From: Sphaerodactylus townsendi
Taxonomy: Eukaryota
Length of the DNA: 64,000 nt
NCBI RefSeq assembly: GCF_021028975.2
Contig: NC_059435.1
Location: forward strand, 29,636,001-29,700,000
Direction: 5' to 3'
Shown here: positions 26,986-40,288 of the stretch, in pieces
Position numbering within the stretch: the first letter of the stretch is position 1
Layout: every line of letters begins with the position of its first letter
The notes under the pieces: model-generated
Told to the model about the DNA's origin: nothing
Seen by the model: only the letters and a program-made list of their open reading frames with translations
The model's database searches: none
Translations under genes and position numbers: made by a program

Positions 26986-27902
26986 CTCTTCTGGGTGCAC
27001 CAGCCCCATTAGCATTATGGTTGAACCTCCAGATGGTGGCTGGCAATCTCTATTCTATTACAACTGAGCTTCAGGCAACTAAGATCAAATCACATGAAGA
27101 AAATGGCTGCTTTGGAAGGTGGACTCTATGGCATTTTTGTTGGCAAAATGTAATAAATATTAGCAGAGTAGAACCGAAGAGATTGATTCTCAGTTGCTTG
27201 TATATAAAAAAAGAGCTTACTAACTATACAGGAAGGTTACGTGGGGGAAAAAACAAGAAATGCTATACTTTCCTGTTACATATCTACAGTTCTGCACTTG
27301 GTTACATCTTTCTATCTAGTCTCGTGGTCACATTGTGGCTTCTTCTGCTCACATGGCTTCTGCATTGTGGTGTGCGCGTGTGAGCATGGCTTCCCCTCAA
27401 ACAAAGAAAACAGAATTAGCTTTATAACCTCTGACTACGTGACCACTAACATGTAAGCAACATCTAACTAGCTGACCAATAGCTAAATCAATAGACTGGC
27501 CATAAAACAATGACCTCAGTAACTAGTTTACATACACACAGTTAACCATTTCATGATTGAAGTGTGACAGATACTTGCAAAAATACCAACAATTATACGC
27601 CACTGAAGGCTCTCCTCTCCCCAAATCCTGCCCTATTCAGGCTCCATCTTCAAAATCTCCAGGTATTTCCCAACCCAGAGTTGGCAACCCTGTTCTTAAT
27701 AGCCGATATGAATTCTGGGTCAGCACAGTCCTGAACATATGACTCAGAAAACTTAGACAGAACAATGATGTCTGCAAGGTTTATGATAGTGTAACATAGT
27801 TGTGATCTTATGTGCCTCCAGCAGTAAAGTAGAAATGATAAGAACAGCTCTAGAAAAAAGGTAATAACATAGGAACACCAATAAGCTACCCCTGGAAACT
27901 TT

Positions 27903-28382
27903 GGCCCTTTCTGCACGGGTGGTAAAGAGCGCCCCAGAGACGCTAAAAACAGCATCCCTGGGGAGGGGTTTGCACAGTTGCCGCTGCAACCCCCGAGTGG
28001 CGCGAAGACGCTGCTTCTGAACCTTGCTCCCTGAGCGAGGTTTTTCGGAAGCAGTGTCTTCCAACCGCTGCTGTGCGATCAGCAGCAGCTGGAAGGCACC
28101 ATTTCCCCCCCCCCTTTCCCGAACGCCTTACCGCCCCCTCTGGCCTTCCGGTGTGTCACACAGGCCAGGGGACACGCCCCCCCTGCCCTGCGACTCCAGA
28201 GCTGTCGCTCAGGGCAGGGGGGACATGTCCCCTGGCCTGTGAGATTCGCCGGAAGGCTGGAGGGGACGGTAAGGCGTTCAGAGGATTGCGCAGCCTCTAC
28301 GCAGGTTGCGCTGTCTTCCCCACCCCAACCGGGACCATCCATGCAAACAGTCCCGGGGGGGTGTGGCCGTGTGAAAACGGCC
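27903..28382. mobile_element. GC-rich PIF/Harbinger-like MITE
   Basis: ttt|ggccctttctgcacgg ... ccgtgtgaaaacggcc|ttt. Confidence 0.75.
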
Positions 28383-31300
28383 TTTGTCACTATTCATCAA
28401 TCACACTTTATATCAATGAAGTCCTTGAAATAGCCATTTATAGAAGGCTTCAAATAGCAAGTCTGAAATTGCCATTCCAGTTTCATATATGGTGCCCAAG
28501 CTGGAAGAGCCCAAAATGCCACCTTTGTTAGCAGCCTCCATGACTGAACAATGCCTGAGGCACAAATGACTTCTATCACACAAGGGAATTCCCTGGTAGC
28601 CCAGCCAAAGTCAGCAGAAGCCTTTAGACAGCTAACAGAGAAGAGCACCCCAGAACTCCCCTCCTACCATGGCCAAAAATGCTGTCCAGATTTTCCCCTT
28701 GTGCTGGTGCTGGTGCACTAATGCATGGATTCTGCCAGTGGTAAGCACTGCTATTTAATGGTGTTGTTATGCCAGCATCAGCTCCTTATATTTATACTGA
28801 CATATCTTTGAGTTTCACCAGCACAGTTGGATTTAGAAACACCAGAGACATAGGGTAAGGAAGTGGCACCTGGCTGCTCCCCCCAGCCCTGCCCCCAACC
28901 CCCCCAACCCCTTCCCCTATCTTTTTATGCCATCAAAGCAGCCAGCTGGGGGGAAAAGCTTTTTTCAGCCAGCTGCTTTGCTGCCTGAAGAAGCAGCCTG
29001 GCTGGAGTGGGGCGAGGGGGGAAGGGGAGGAGTGGGCCTCCTGTTATACCAAGGCCCAGCAAATTCTGGGAAGGAGGAGGGGCGTGGCTAGGTGATTTCC
29101 CCTGAAGTGTGGCGGCAATTTTTGCGCTCCCCCCACGTGACTCCCATGGAGGCGCCCAGGGTGTTTGTCCCCGGATGTTCCCATGGTAGCTACACCACTG
29201 AGAAACCCCCCGTGGGTTTAAGTCATATATCACTAGCCCATAGGATAGCCTATCCCTCTGTACATCAGATTGCTGTTTCAATAACAGCAAATATCTAGTT
29301 ACATCTTCATCTTGTCTTCAAATGTCTCTTCAGGCTTCTGAACAAACACAACAAAAATCAGATTTAGACTGCCATCCTATCCAGAGTTACTTCAGTTTAA
29401 GTCTACTGAAATCAGTTGGTTTAGACTGGAGTAACACTGCATAGTATGGCATAGTAATAGTCTTCAGCCTGACTGTATTCAACATTTTTAGTTTATAGAA
29501 GAATCTAAGGGTTTTTTTTGTTTTTGCAGTGGTGCAGTTTTCTGCTGATAAAATCTGGCTGTATTTTAAATTGTTCAGTTCAACCTCTGTCAGGAAGCTG
29601 TAGTCTTACAATGTATTTTTATAACAAAAGTTTTTTTCTTGGTGCTTTATTTTCCCTAGCACTTCGCTGAGTACCTTTTGTTTACACTACCCCATGATTT
29701 GCTGCTATTCTCACTCCCCCACAACTTCGATATCTCTCTCTTGCAGAAATGAGCACAAGCTAACATCTTGCTCTGTGGTCCCAAAGTAATTTTTCTTTTG
29801 CTATCTCCTGGGAGGTGAATTCATATCTTCTCGCTTTGATTTTGCTTTAATCAACCTTCAAACTGACTTTTAAATAAAGCAAGGAATGTTCTTTCCTGTC
29901 AGTTCAGTCTGATGCACTCTCTTATAGGTTAATTCATTCTGAGCATGAACAGTTAGTCCTCTAAACTATTTAATAGAAATAGGTGTGTGTGTGTGTGTGT
30001 GTTTTTCTGGGTTTTTTTGCACAGCTTAAAAAGCCCATAGGAGTGAATTCTGGCACAAGGGACCAGCTTCAACGAAGATACAAGGAAGCACAATGGTATT
30101 ATGAGGCCATAAATCATTCTGTTTAGGGGAAGCAGGTACACTATTGTATTGAACTCCATTTTGGGAGTCAACAAAAATGGTTTGTATTAAAACTGGGGTA
30201 TGTTATCTAGGTAACAGCTGGTGGTGCTGGTCAGACCTTTCCAGAGAAGTGTCAGATAGAAGCTATCCTTCTTGCAGTTTATAAACTAAATTCTAATATA
30301 TGTTACCAGGCAGAAGTGAGCTGGCTTGTCTCAGAAATATGATGTCGTTCATGTTTTGCCATTCAGCAGCTTTTCATGAATCCTCCCTAGGGTCCCCAGG
30401 TTCTTCCTGGTCACCAGAAGAAGATGGGGGAATAATGTTGCCAGATTCAGGTTGGGAAACTCCTGAAGATTTGGGGGTGGAGCCTGGGGAGGACAGGGAT
30501 CTCAGTGGGGCCCAGTGCCATAGAGCCCACCCTCCAAAGCATTTGTTTTCTCCAGAGGAGCTGATCTCTGTAGGCTGGATAAGAGTTGCAATTCCAGTGG
30601 ATCTCCACATCCCACCTGGAGGCTGGCAACTCTAATTCTCCCTCTTGCAGGCCTAAAAGGTATTCATTGGCTCAGATCCAAAGGAGGAATGGATACCTCT
30701 GACAGGATGTTGGTGGGTTAGGATTTTAGAGATGCTTTCTTTCTGCCGTACTTTTTCTCCTGCTACCTGTTTAGAAGACACGTGGATTTGCTGGAGCAGT
30801 TTCCAGCTATGAGTGGCCTGGCAGTCGACTGGCTTGGGCCATTTTGGAACTTTGTTAATAAGGTTTGTTTGGAAAATACATGATGTATGAGACTTGTCCC
30901 TTCATATCATCTCAGAACAAGGACTGGTAGGTTTAGGAACCTTTAATTCTTTTTTTTTATTTTGAATTCTATGAGCGTGGATTTCCTAAAAATCAATCTA
31001 ATTTTATCAATATCTAGAGGTATATCCATTGATTCAGTGCTTTGGTCAGACACGTCTTCATTTTAGCAAATACACTGCATGCTTAGAATTGTACAAACTT
31101 AAAGCACTAAGGAACATGGCCAAAATGCACTTGGTATACTTGTATTTTATATTATCAGTAACTGTTCCTGGTCATAGGAAAGATGTTTGTAAATGTGTGA
31201 CATCCCTATGTGTATAAGAGTAATTTCACACACACACACCCCCAAAAAAGGCGGGGGTTGCACTGGGAGAAGATACCCCTATTTGGAAATAAAGTTGATA

Positions 31301-31642
31301 GATTTTCATGCACAGTTTTTAATATTTACAGTTTGATTACAGGTTCTATGATCCTACATAATTCTAGTGCTTTGGGAATTTACTTTGACATTTCTACATA
31401 CAAGTTTCTTCTTTTTAAAATCTTTTTAGTTACCTCAATTTTCTCAGTCCAGCTGGATTTCCCCAAAATTTTCCAATTTTCAGCATTTTTGCCACGCCTT
31501 CAAATGTTTTAAAACTGGCAGTTAACGTGGAAGAAATTGCTGTTGGCTTTTGATTAGGCTTAAAAGAATGCAACAATTAAAGAAAACTGCACATGTAATA
31601 TGAAAATGTCTCCTTATCCCAATGCTGACACTGACTAGGTTC

Positions 31643-31945
31643 GGCCCCTTCCGCATGGGCCAATAAACCTGGGCTGGGGACAGGGAAAAACCCATTTCAC
31701 AGGGGAACTTTGCACAGCTCCCACTCCTAAAGCGAGGCTGCCCCACGTTCTCCCCCCGAAATGAGTTATTTGAGAATCACGCTATCTGCGATTCTCTCGT
31801 TTTAATGCGGAGTGCAGCTGCTCACGAGTGAATGGTTGCCCCAGGAAGAACTTGCTTCCCAGTTTTTAAAAGTCGTCCCCGCACAGCTACACAGCATGAC
31901 AGGTGAGGCTTGTTTTTTTAAAAGACACACCTCTGTGCGAAGGTG
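31643..31945. mobile_element. Harbinger-like MITE (right end degenerate)
   Basis: Left TIR ggccccttccgca; right end gtgcgaaggtgc. Confidence 0.55.
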
Positions 31946-33466
31946 CGACAGAAGCCTGCATTGCTTTTGCGGTCTTCATTCACTGCTTGCACGGAGGCAT
32001 GCGAACAGGACAGCAGGAGAGTGGGTTATTTTATACTGCCTGCAACCTGCTCTCCCAGTGCTGTGTGGAAGGGGTCAAAGTCAGGACAATGCTATTGTGG
32101 GGGATATAAAACAGAGAAGCAAAGGAGATTGTACAAAAGGCTGCTGTCACTCAGTAGCCCACTGTTACAGACATCACACACAGCTACTGCAGGCAAGGTC
32201 ACTGAAAATGTGAAATTCACAGGAGCTCACTGCACATAACAAGCTGTCAACATTTACTTCTTCACAGATAACTTATCATAGTATTTGTACAGTACAACTG
32301 GTGCCCCACCAATTTAAACAAACTCTACCCGCCATCATCAGACACTCAATAAACCTCCCATTTCTTCTTCTCACTCGCAATGGCAACATTTTATTTTTAA
32401 AATGTATTTTATTTCATCTGTATTCTACAAAAGGCTTATATAGTTCTCCTCTCCTTCATATATCTGGATACACAGTTCTGCAGCGTACACATTTCTAAGA
32501 ATAGCAAAATAATACAAGACTGTTCCTGTATTGTGCTAAAGGCAAAACTGTCAATTTGCTGGTGAGTAACTAAATTTTCAAGAAGCAGGAAGAAGAGTAG
32601 GCTAGGACCCTTCTCCTTGACTTGCAGTCCCCCACATAATGTCACTCAAGATCTTGGTCTTGGTCAAAAGATGGCAAAGCCTTTTTCTTTGGTTTAGATT
32701 TCAGTGATCGCAATTAAACTTCTCATGCAGCAACCTTCTCTGCCCCACTTCTTTCTATCACTCAGCATTTCAAAAGCAGCCTGTGAAATGGCATTGGGGG
32801 TCTATTGTTCAAGGAAAAAGTCAGAACTCCCACTGGGTGCACTTAAAGTGATTCTTTGGATTCCAGTCACCTTATTTAGCCTGGTTTTAAATAGGTATCT
32901 TGTCCCACCCCACCCCACCCTGCCATAGTCATCTGCTACTTTGCATTAGATGTATCACAGTCTAAAAAGAAAAGGAAGGATTATTTTGATCTAACACACT
33001 CACAATCTGGATAAAGGAAAGATTCAGAAATGGTAGTTAAAATTAAAGTATTTCCTGTCAGTGATCATTTGACATGTCTGGTAATACAACACAATCTTCT
33101 CTCCTTTCTGATATGCATAAGCAATTGAGGCTGCTGTCAACATGAATTTCTGGAAATAAGAAGCAAGACAATCAAATGAGGAGTAATTAAGGACCGCTAA
33201 GAGGCACCCTGACAAATATGGAAAATTATTTTCGAATAATCCTTTGAATTAATAATACATGCTCAGTTCAAGCATCATGAGACCCAGTCTTGAAAAGAAA
33301 TATATACAACAATGCCTAGCTTAGTCTGAATTGATTACGCCAAATGCCGTATTGCCCCCCATTGGTACACATTGACTGAAGTTTTTTTCATTTTTCAATT
33401 TGGGTATCTGAAATTAATGTTGTCCATTTATACCTCATTAAGTACATTTGTACGTTGTATGTCTAA

Positions 33467-33791
33467 GGGCCTTTCCCCACTTATCTTAAGCCCTGCGCTA
33501 CTTGAGGAGAGTAGCGTGGGGTCCCCCGGCACTCCTCACGACAGGGGCGGCGACAGCGCAGCCGCCCCAACGCTGCCGCTGTCGCACCCCCTCAGCGCGC
33601 GGTATCCGAGGCGCTCTTCTTAATGACACCTTTTGATGACCCCCGCGCAGAGCAATTAAACTTCTCATGCAGTGACCAATGTCATTGCGTGAGCGCGGGG
33701 TCATGGGGACGCCCGCGTGCGTGCCTGTGATGCCACACGCTGAGAGCAGTGCGCGGCATAGGGGGGGATCAAAGAGAGTGTGGAAAGGCCC
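33467..33791. mobile_element. PIF/Harbinger-like MITE with TAA TSD
   Basis: TAA|gggcctttccccact ... agtgtggaaaggccc|TAA. Confidence 0.85.
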
Positions 33792-34179
33792 TAATATTAA
33801 AAAAGAATCTTCACTCAAATGACAATTCCATGTGAGAAATTTGGAACTATGAAGAAGACTATAGTGAGCGCAGCAAAGCCCATCTCAGCTCTCTGTGTGT
33901 CAGGAACAAAATAACTCAAAATACAATAACTCAAACTAATATATTTCATTTATTGTAGGAATGCCATTTTTGGATAGGATACAGTAAATGTAGTTTCCCA
34001 ATATAGTCTAATTAACTAGGATGGGGGGAGATGCAGAATCTGCGTCCTGCCCTCATGGCTGCAAGATAGAGAAGTGATGTGTGAATGCAAGTGGAGGTGT
34101 GAAAAGAAGCAGGAAGGAAGGAAGTTTCTTGAGAGTAGCAATCTACACATCAAACGAGTTAGTGTCAGATCAGTACAGA

Positions 34180-35900
34180 AAGGATGCCCAGTGCCTTGAC
34201 CTCTCTATCTCCCTGACTTTCTTGTCAAGTCCCCACCCACCAAGAGTCCAGAGTTAAGAGATAGCACAAAGTCCTTTCCTTCCAAGAAGTCTAGGTGGAA
34301 AGATGTCTGAAAGACCTTTTATGAACTATTTTAACAATTTATGGGAGAATGCAAGGGATCCATCTAATCTCAAATGGATAGTAAGAAATGGCCACCAGGC
34401 AGTGTCCCAGATTTTCCCCAGTACCCTGGTTAGCACTGGGAATGGTGGAAAGACGTAGAATGGGGCACCCGCTATATCAATTGAAATGCATCTCCTAAGG
34501 AGTCTGATTCTGATTCTGCTATGGAACAAAACTTGGGAGCTTTCCTATTGTCTTTAGTGGCACAAAAGACTGACCTCAGGTGTGCCCCATGTGGCGTAAA
34601 AAGGGATTAAGCATCTGTCCCTGATGAACTGTTCATGGTTGGCTGGCTGCAGAACTCCATCTTTACCAGTCTGCTTTCAGGTTGTGTAACACTGAAGTAT
34701 GGACAACCTGTCATGATGGCTGAAGAGTCCATATCCATATTGCCATAGCCTCCTGGCATAAGTGCAAAGAACCCATGCCCCCTTGCTTGTTCATACAGGA
34801 CATGGTTGTGGTGTTGTCCACTGAATAAGAATCAATTGGCCACATAGCATATCTGAGAAGCTGCTAAAGGCATTGCAAACAGCTCATAACTCTAGTATGT
34901 TTATATGAAACACACTCTCTTATTGAGATTGTGAATCCTGTACTGAGAAGTCCTTGCAATATGCCCCCTACCCCAGCAGGGATGCATATGTGATAAGTAC
35001 AGTATTATGCTGAGGTGCCATGAAATTGATTCCCCTTCATAGATTACTATGAGATGGCCATCAAGTTAAGGGACTTTAGCACAGGCCTGGGAACTGACAA
35101 CCTGTACTGTTGGGAATGCCAACCTGGAGAGAAACCTGGAGAGAAACCACAGTTGGAAAGACTGCACAGTGAGTTTAGCTAAGAGCAGATTTGTAGTAGA
35201 CACCATAGGACCCAAGAGTCTCTGAATGCCTGAGGCAGATTGAAAATGCCTGCAATTGAAAAATGTCATGATAGCTATAATGGCCTTAATCCTCTCTATG
35301 GGCAGAGAACCTCTTGCAGGCCTAGAGTCTGAGACTGCCCCTATGAAGCAGATAGTTGGTCTGGATTTTTCCTAGTTGACAACAAGGCAAAGTTTCTCAC
35401 TGGTGAATAATAAAGTACTTAAGTGGTCACAGATAATCCCCTGGGAGAGGGGATTATCCAGTCATCATCTAGGTACGGAGATTAACCAGTCATCATCTAG
35501 GTACAGAAAAATAGTGCACCCTTGTAACCTGAGCTGGCTATTAGCAGTGCCATGCACACAGTGAACATCCTAAGTATAATGGCAAGGTTGTACATTGGTA
35601 ACTGTCCCTTCTCTGCCTAAAATGGAGAGGTTTTCAGTATTGGGAGTGAACGGAAAAGTGAAAGTAGGCATCTTTTAGATCAAGAATGATGAGAAAAAGA
35701 GAGACAGCCTGAGACTTAGCCAGAATAGAAGGAACACATCAAATCAGAGAAGCTCTAATTGGCAAGATTTCGAAAGCTTTGCAAATATTGTGTACCCATA
35801 TTTGGCAAGCACACACAGGATCATGAAATAGGAGATATACTTCGGAACCCACCATAGATATCTTTTTGGAGCATAGCTATGTCATATTTCTAATTTGAAC
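34180..35900 (-). mobile_element. Degenerate DIRS-like (tyrosine-recombinase) retrotransposon pol remnant; ends approximate
   Basis: Minus-strand RT motif QLRLQGCTIFLYLDDDW (~35485-35530), IQRLLGPMVST, and FYVFPPFPVLTRVLGKI..TAWW, matching the DIRS1 YAFPP region. Confidence 0.7.
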
Positions 35901-35959
35901 ACCATGCTTATCATTGTACACTTCATGCAATTCTTATATGTAAACTGTACAGATTAAAA

Positions 35960-37260
35960 TTGAACTGCATTGTATTGAGTTGCATTTTTTTTTGTCTGTG
36001 GCCATAGCGAGGCTCCAAATATCCAACTTTATCCCTTCAAGCCCATGATAAATGTTTGCCAATTGAAATGTTTAACATTTTTATTACATTTTCTTTGGCA
36101 GAGAGGCTTATAGAAAAATGTAAATCATTTCTTAACATGGTTGCCCAAATGTCTCAATTTACTGGGACTTTCAGGTCCAAAGACATTTGATTTCATACTT
36201 TGTTAAAATAAAGATAATGATACAAGACAGAAGCCCAGGATATCAAGTATGCAACATTCATAGCTTTACAATTTTGTCCAGAGCTTTTACATGTTTTCTG
36301 CCATTTACTATTAACATTCAATAAATAGATCTTAGAAAATATTATTCCTTTCACCAGCTATTATTTATTTTTCAAAACCTGCCAGTTGTTTTTTTTATTT
36401 CCTCTTTAGTTAGCATTTGTATGAAACTTTTCATCTGTTGATAATGGAACCAAGGAATCTGACCATTGCTTAAAGAAGGTATGTGCACAAAGGTGATAAC
36501 CAGTGGTGGGATCCAAAAATTTTAGTAACAGGTTCCCATGGTGGTGGGATTCAAACAATGGGGCTGGGCGGGGCCCGACGGGGGCTTGACCAGGCATTCT
36601 GGGGGCGGGACATTTCTGGGCGGAGCTGTGGCAAGGACGCAGCCGCTGCGCCGGCCCTTGGGCGGGAAACCAATACACGCAGGTGCAGGCTGCCACGCAC
36701 CTCCTGCTAGACTGCTTCAAGTTCTGCGCGCTACTGCTGAGAAGTGGAGGAGGGGCGTAACTAAGACAAAAATCACGTGGCAAAATCACCAATTAGTAAC
36801 CCCCTCTAGGCACACACAAATAATTAGTAACCTACTCTCGGGAACCTGTGAGAACCTGCTGGATCCCACCTCTGGTGATAACCCATTAGGGACTAAGGAC
36901 TTATAATCATACACTTCCAGATCTTCCCAAACTTTAATCCCTTCTTTTGCAGGTTGAGTAAAATCCTTGGATCTTATAATCAATGGCAAAGACAATATCC
37001 CAGGTGCCAATTGATATCTAATCTTTTCCCAGACATTTTCTAGTCTAGGGCATTGATTACAGAATTGTCCTTGGTATAATAGCAATTTTTCCCCTTTTTA
37101 TTTGACCAAATCATGACTTTCAGTGATATTGACACAAAGGATTGTTCAACTAGAGTAAATGTTGTGTCTTTATCTTCCTTTAGCCATTTTATTATCCAAT
37201 GTACTGTTGCCGAATAGTAATACTTTGTATATTGGGAATATATGGCTCAAGTAATATCTA
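35960..37260 (-). mobile_element. Degenerate L1/Tx1-clade LINE ORF2 C-terminal remnant, interrupted by a hAT MITE
   Basis: Minus-strand fragments KYYYSA (after a frameshifted FP) and VWEKIRYQLAPG..PL resemble squamate L1 ORF2; strong T skew on the + strand. Confidence 0.5.
36501..36874. mobile_element. hAT MITE with perfect 8-bp TSD GTGATAAC
   Basis: TIRs cagtggtgggatcca / tggatcccacctctg; TSD at 36493-36500 and 36875-36882. Confidence 0.9.
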
Positions 37261-37512
37261 GTTAAATATTCAACCTGCATTGTAGTGCCTAGCTGAAAAT
37301 CTTAACTGTTGAGGGGGGTGGGGAGGATGACACATGTTGAAAATAACAATGTTTTGTGTGCAAAGGAACTGAGAAGAAGACCCAGCAGGGGTCAGCAAAT
37401 GTTCAACTAGATAGGTTTTAAAGTTAGAGATGCTTCCGTCCCTTTGTGTCACCCCTTATCTGTCCTTAGGTCTATTTTCAGAAGTGCCTCTCTTCCTCCC
37501 TATTCTTAAGAT

Positions 37513-38272
37513 TTAGATGAAGGTGGAGTGAAAATAGGGGGGAGGAACGTGAACAATTTGAGATATGCAGATGACACCACATTACTGGCAGAAAATAGTG
37601 AAGAGTTGAAATAATGGTGAAAGTTGAAATAAAAATGCCAAAGTAAGATTGCAGCTGAACCTCAAGAAGACAAAAGTAATGAATACTGGGGAATAGTGGT
37701 CAACTTTAAGGTTGACACAACAATGGAAACATTAAAATTGTTCATGACTTTCTATTCCTTGGCTCTATCACCAACCAAAAAGAGGACTTCAACTATGAAA
37801 TCAGAAGGGAACTGAGAAGGGCAACTATTGTCCCTAGCAACTAAGGTCAAGTTAATTCATGCCATGGTATTCCCATTACTATGTATAGATGTGAAAGTTG
37901 GACAATGAAGAAAACTGATAGTAGGTTCTGTTGAAATATGGTGTTGGATGAGAGTTTCAGAGATACTATGGATCACCAAAAAGACAAATCAATGGGATCT
38001 AGATCAAATCAAGCTTGAACTGTCCTGAGGAGATAAAATGACTAAACCGAGGCTATCATATTTTGGTTACATTATGAGAAGACAAGAGTCACTTGAAAAA
38101 ACAATAATGCTATGGAAAGTTAAAGCAGCAGGAAAAGAGTGAGACCCAATGTGAAATGGATTAACTCTATAAAGGAAACCATGGTCATCTGTTCGCAAGA
38201 CCTAAGCAAGGCTGTTAATGATTGGACATTTTGGAAAACCTGAGTCAGATGTGGCTTGATGATGCTTAACAC
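37513..38272 (+). mobile_element. RTE/BovB LINE 3' fragment (decayed)
   Basis: LDEGGVKIGGRNVNNLRYADDTTLLAENSEE RT motif, followed by the RTE-type C-terminus (YFGYIMRRQESLEKTIML). Confidence 0.85.
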
Positions 38273-39016
38273 AGTTTTCCACAATACCTAATGGCTTCCA
38301 ACAATGTTTAGCAACTTATTCAATTCAGAGAGTCAATTATAATTATTCCAGTCTAAGGCCTTTGTCTGATTGCCTTCAAATGGAGTAAATTTGCTAAGAA
38401 CTGCATTGTAAGCATGGCTAAGAAAGTGACCTTTTCCTCCTCATGCTGTGGAAGATGAATGCAAGTCCAGTTGAAATCTGACTTTTAGAATGCTGTGAGG
38501 GGAAAATGCAGTATACTGTTTTGGGGTTCTAAGAAAATCAGAATCAACGTTTTCACTATGAGAAGATATGTAGCCATGGAAGAACAAAAGAAAACTCGCT
38601 ATTGGAATAAAATATTATACACTGGGTACAGTTACAGTGTCAGACTAGGATCTGGGACACCCATGTTGAAATATCCATCCTGCCATCAAAGCTCACTTGA
38701 GGATTGTCGGCCAGTCTCTGGGCCTAGTCTACCGCACAGGATTGTTGTTGAGAGTATAAAAAGGAAATGGAAGAATGAGGATACAATACATCATTATAAT
38801 TAGACAGGGGCTAAATTTAGATTAGATTTTATTCAAATAGTTTAGTGACAAGTACAACAGTGAAGAACAGAATTGTTCAGAAGGGCATTTTTATAATAGG
38901 AAATAAGATAGTTTAACATTTAATTATTTCGTTCTCATTGCTTTGTTCCCTGTGATTATTGCACTGTTCATTAATTTTACAGTGCAGCTTTCGTGGACTG
39001 TAATAGTATATTTGTT

Positions 39017-39312
39017 GAAGAAAAAGAAGAGGAGGAAGAAGAGTTTGGACTTATATCCTGATTTTCTCAACTGTAAAGCTTACAAACTCCTTCTCTTCCT
39101 CTCCCCACAACAGGTGTCTTGTGAAGTAGGTGGGGCTGAGAGCGTTCTGAAGAACTGTGACTAGCCCAAGGTCACCCAGCAGGCTTCATGTGTAGAAATG
39201 AGAAAACAAGCCTGGTTCACTAGATTAGGGTCCCCTGCTCTTGTGAAGGAGTGAGGAAATAAACCCAGTTCTCAGATGAGAGTCCACCTACTCTTAACCA
39301 CTACACCACCCT
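39017..39312 (-). mobile_element. Squam3-like SINE
   Basis: Same body as 9972-10500 and 25211-25471; gaagaaga tail. Confidence 0.75.
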
Positions 39313-39749
39313 GGTGTACACCAGTGCATTATTCTTGAATTTGTAACCCACTTTTATTCACTGCTGGTTTTATGTCTTCTATTGTTCTTATTCAATTTTT
39401 AATAATTGCACAATCCGCTTTGACTCTCAGCAAGAAAGTCAGACTGTACATTTAGGTAAATAGTGTATTGTGGTGTTGAAGTTTGTACTACATCATTTTA
39501 CTAACATAGTTATCATAATCTTAAGACATCTGCCCGGAAAGGGGATAAACATGACTTGACCAACATCTTCCAATAACAGTTTCTGAACAGAAACATTTAA
39601 TTACTACTTTATAAAAGCAGGGAGTTTTGCCCTGATTTGTAATAAAGTAGAGCCATCTTGTGGCCACACTGAAACATACATATTGCTACAGGTTTGACCT
39701 CCAATCACCATGGCTCACCATGGCAAAAGGAATGGCAATGTCTAGAAAT

Positions 39750-39935
39750 CAGTGGTTCTCAACCTGGGGGTCGGGACCCCTTTGGAGGTCAAATGACCCT
39801 TTCACAGGGGTCACCTAAGACTCTCTGCATCAGTGTTCTCCATCTATAAAATGGATAAATGTTATGGTTGGGGGTCACCACAACATGAGGAACTGTATTA
39901 AAGGGTCGCGGCATTAGGAAAGTTGAGAACCACTG
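39750..39935 (-). mobile_element. SPIN (SPACE INVADERS)/URR1-like non-autonomous hAT element
   Basis: rc cagtggttctcaactttcctaatgccgcgaccctttaatacagttcctcatgttgtggtgacccccaaccataa...gaaagggtc...ggttgagaaccactg matches the URR1/SPIN MITE termini as recalled; imperfect TSD (gtctagaa / gtctaaat). Confidence 0.8.
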
Positions 39936-40237
39936 GTCTAAATAATTGTAGAAATTTCCCCATGGGTTTTGAATGTCAATCTCTGCCCAAACACTCATCA
40001 GAGCTGGGGAGGGATTAGCTCTCCCTGCTCCCAGTTGAAGAAAGGGACAGATATGGTAAGTGTTTGTGTACACAGAAATAACAGTTTAAAGATGCTGGGT
40101 GAGAGAGAACGGCCCTCTCAGCTCATTAGCCAGGAAAAGGAAGCTACAGGGAAGGGACAGGCAAGTCCAGGTCCATTAATCAGGCTCCAGGGAGCATTTA
40201 GTCCCTGGGAATACTTTGCAAGTTTCTCTTTACATGC

Positions 40238-40241
<4 letters not shown>

Positions 40242-40285
<44 letters not shown>
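40242..40285. repeat. (CT)n microsatellite
   Basis: Direct read. Confidence 0.95.

Positions 40286-40288
<3 letters not shown>

Noticed and set aside
33000-33215. Minus-strand ORF containing ASYFQKF, faintly like the mammalian ATP2C1 alternative N-terminus, near a GTGAG donor
   Set aside because: Similarity is limited to a few residues, the start is non-ATG, and the frame stops before the donor. It could still be a non-coding exon, but I cannot support that.
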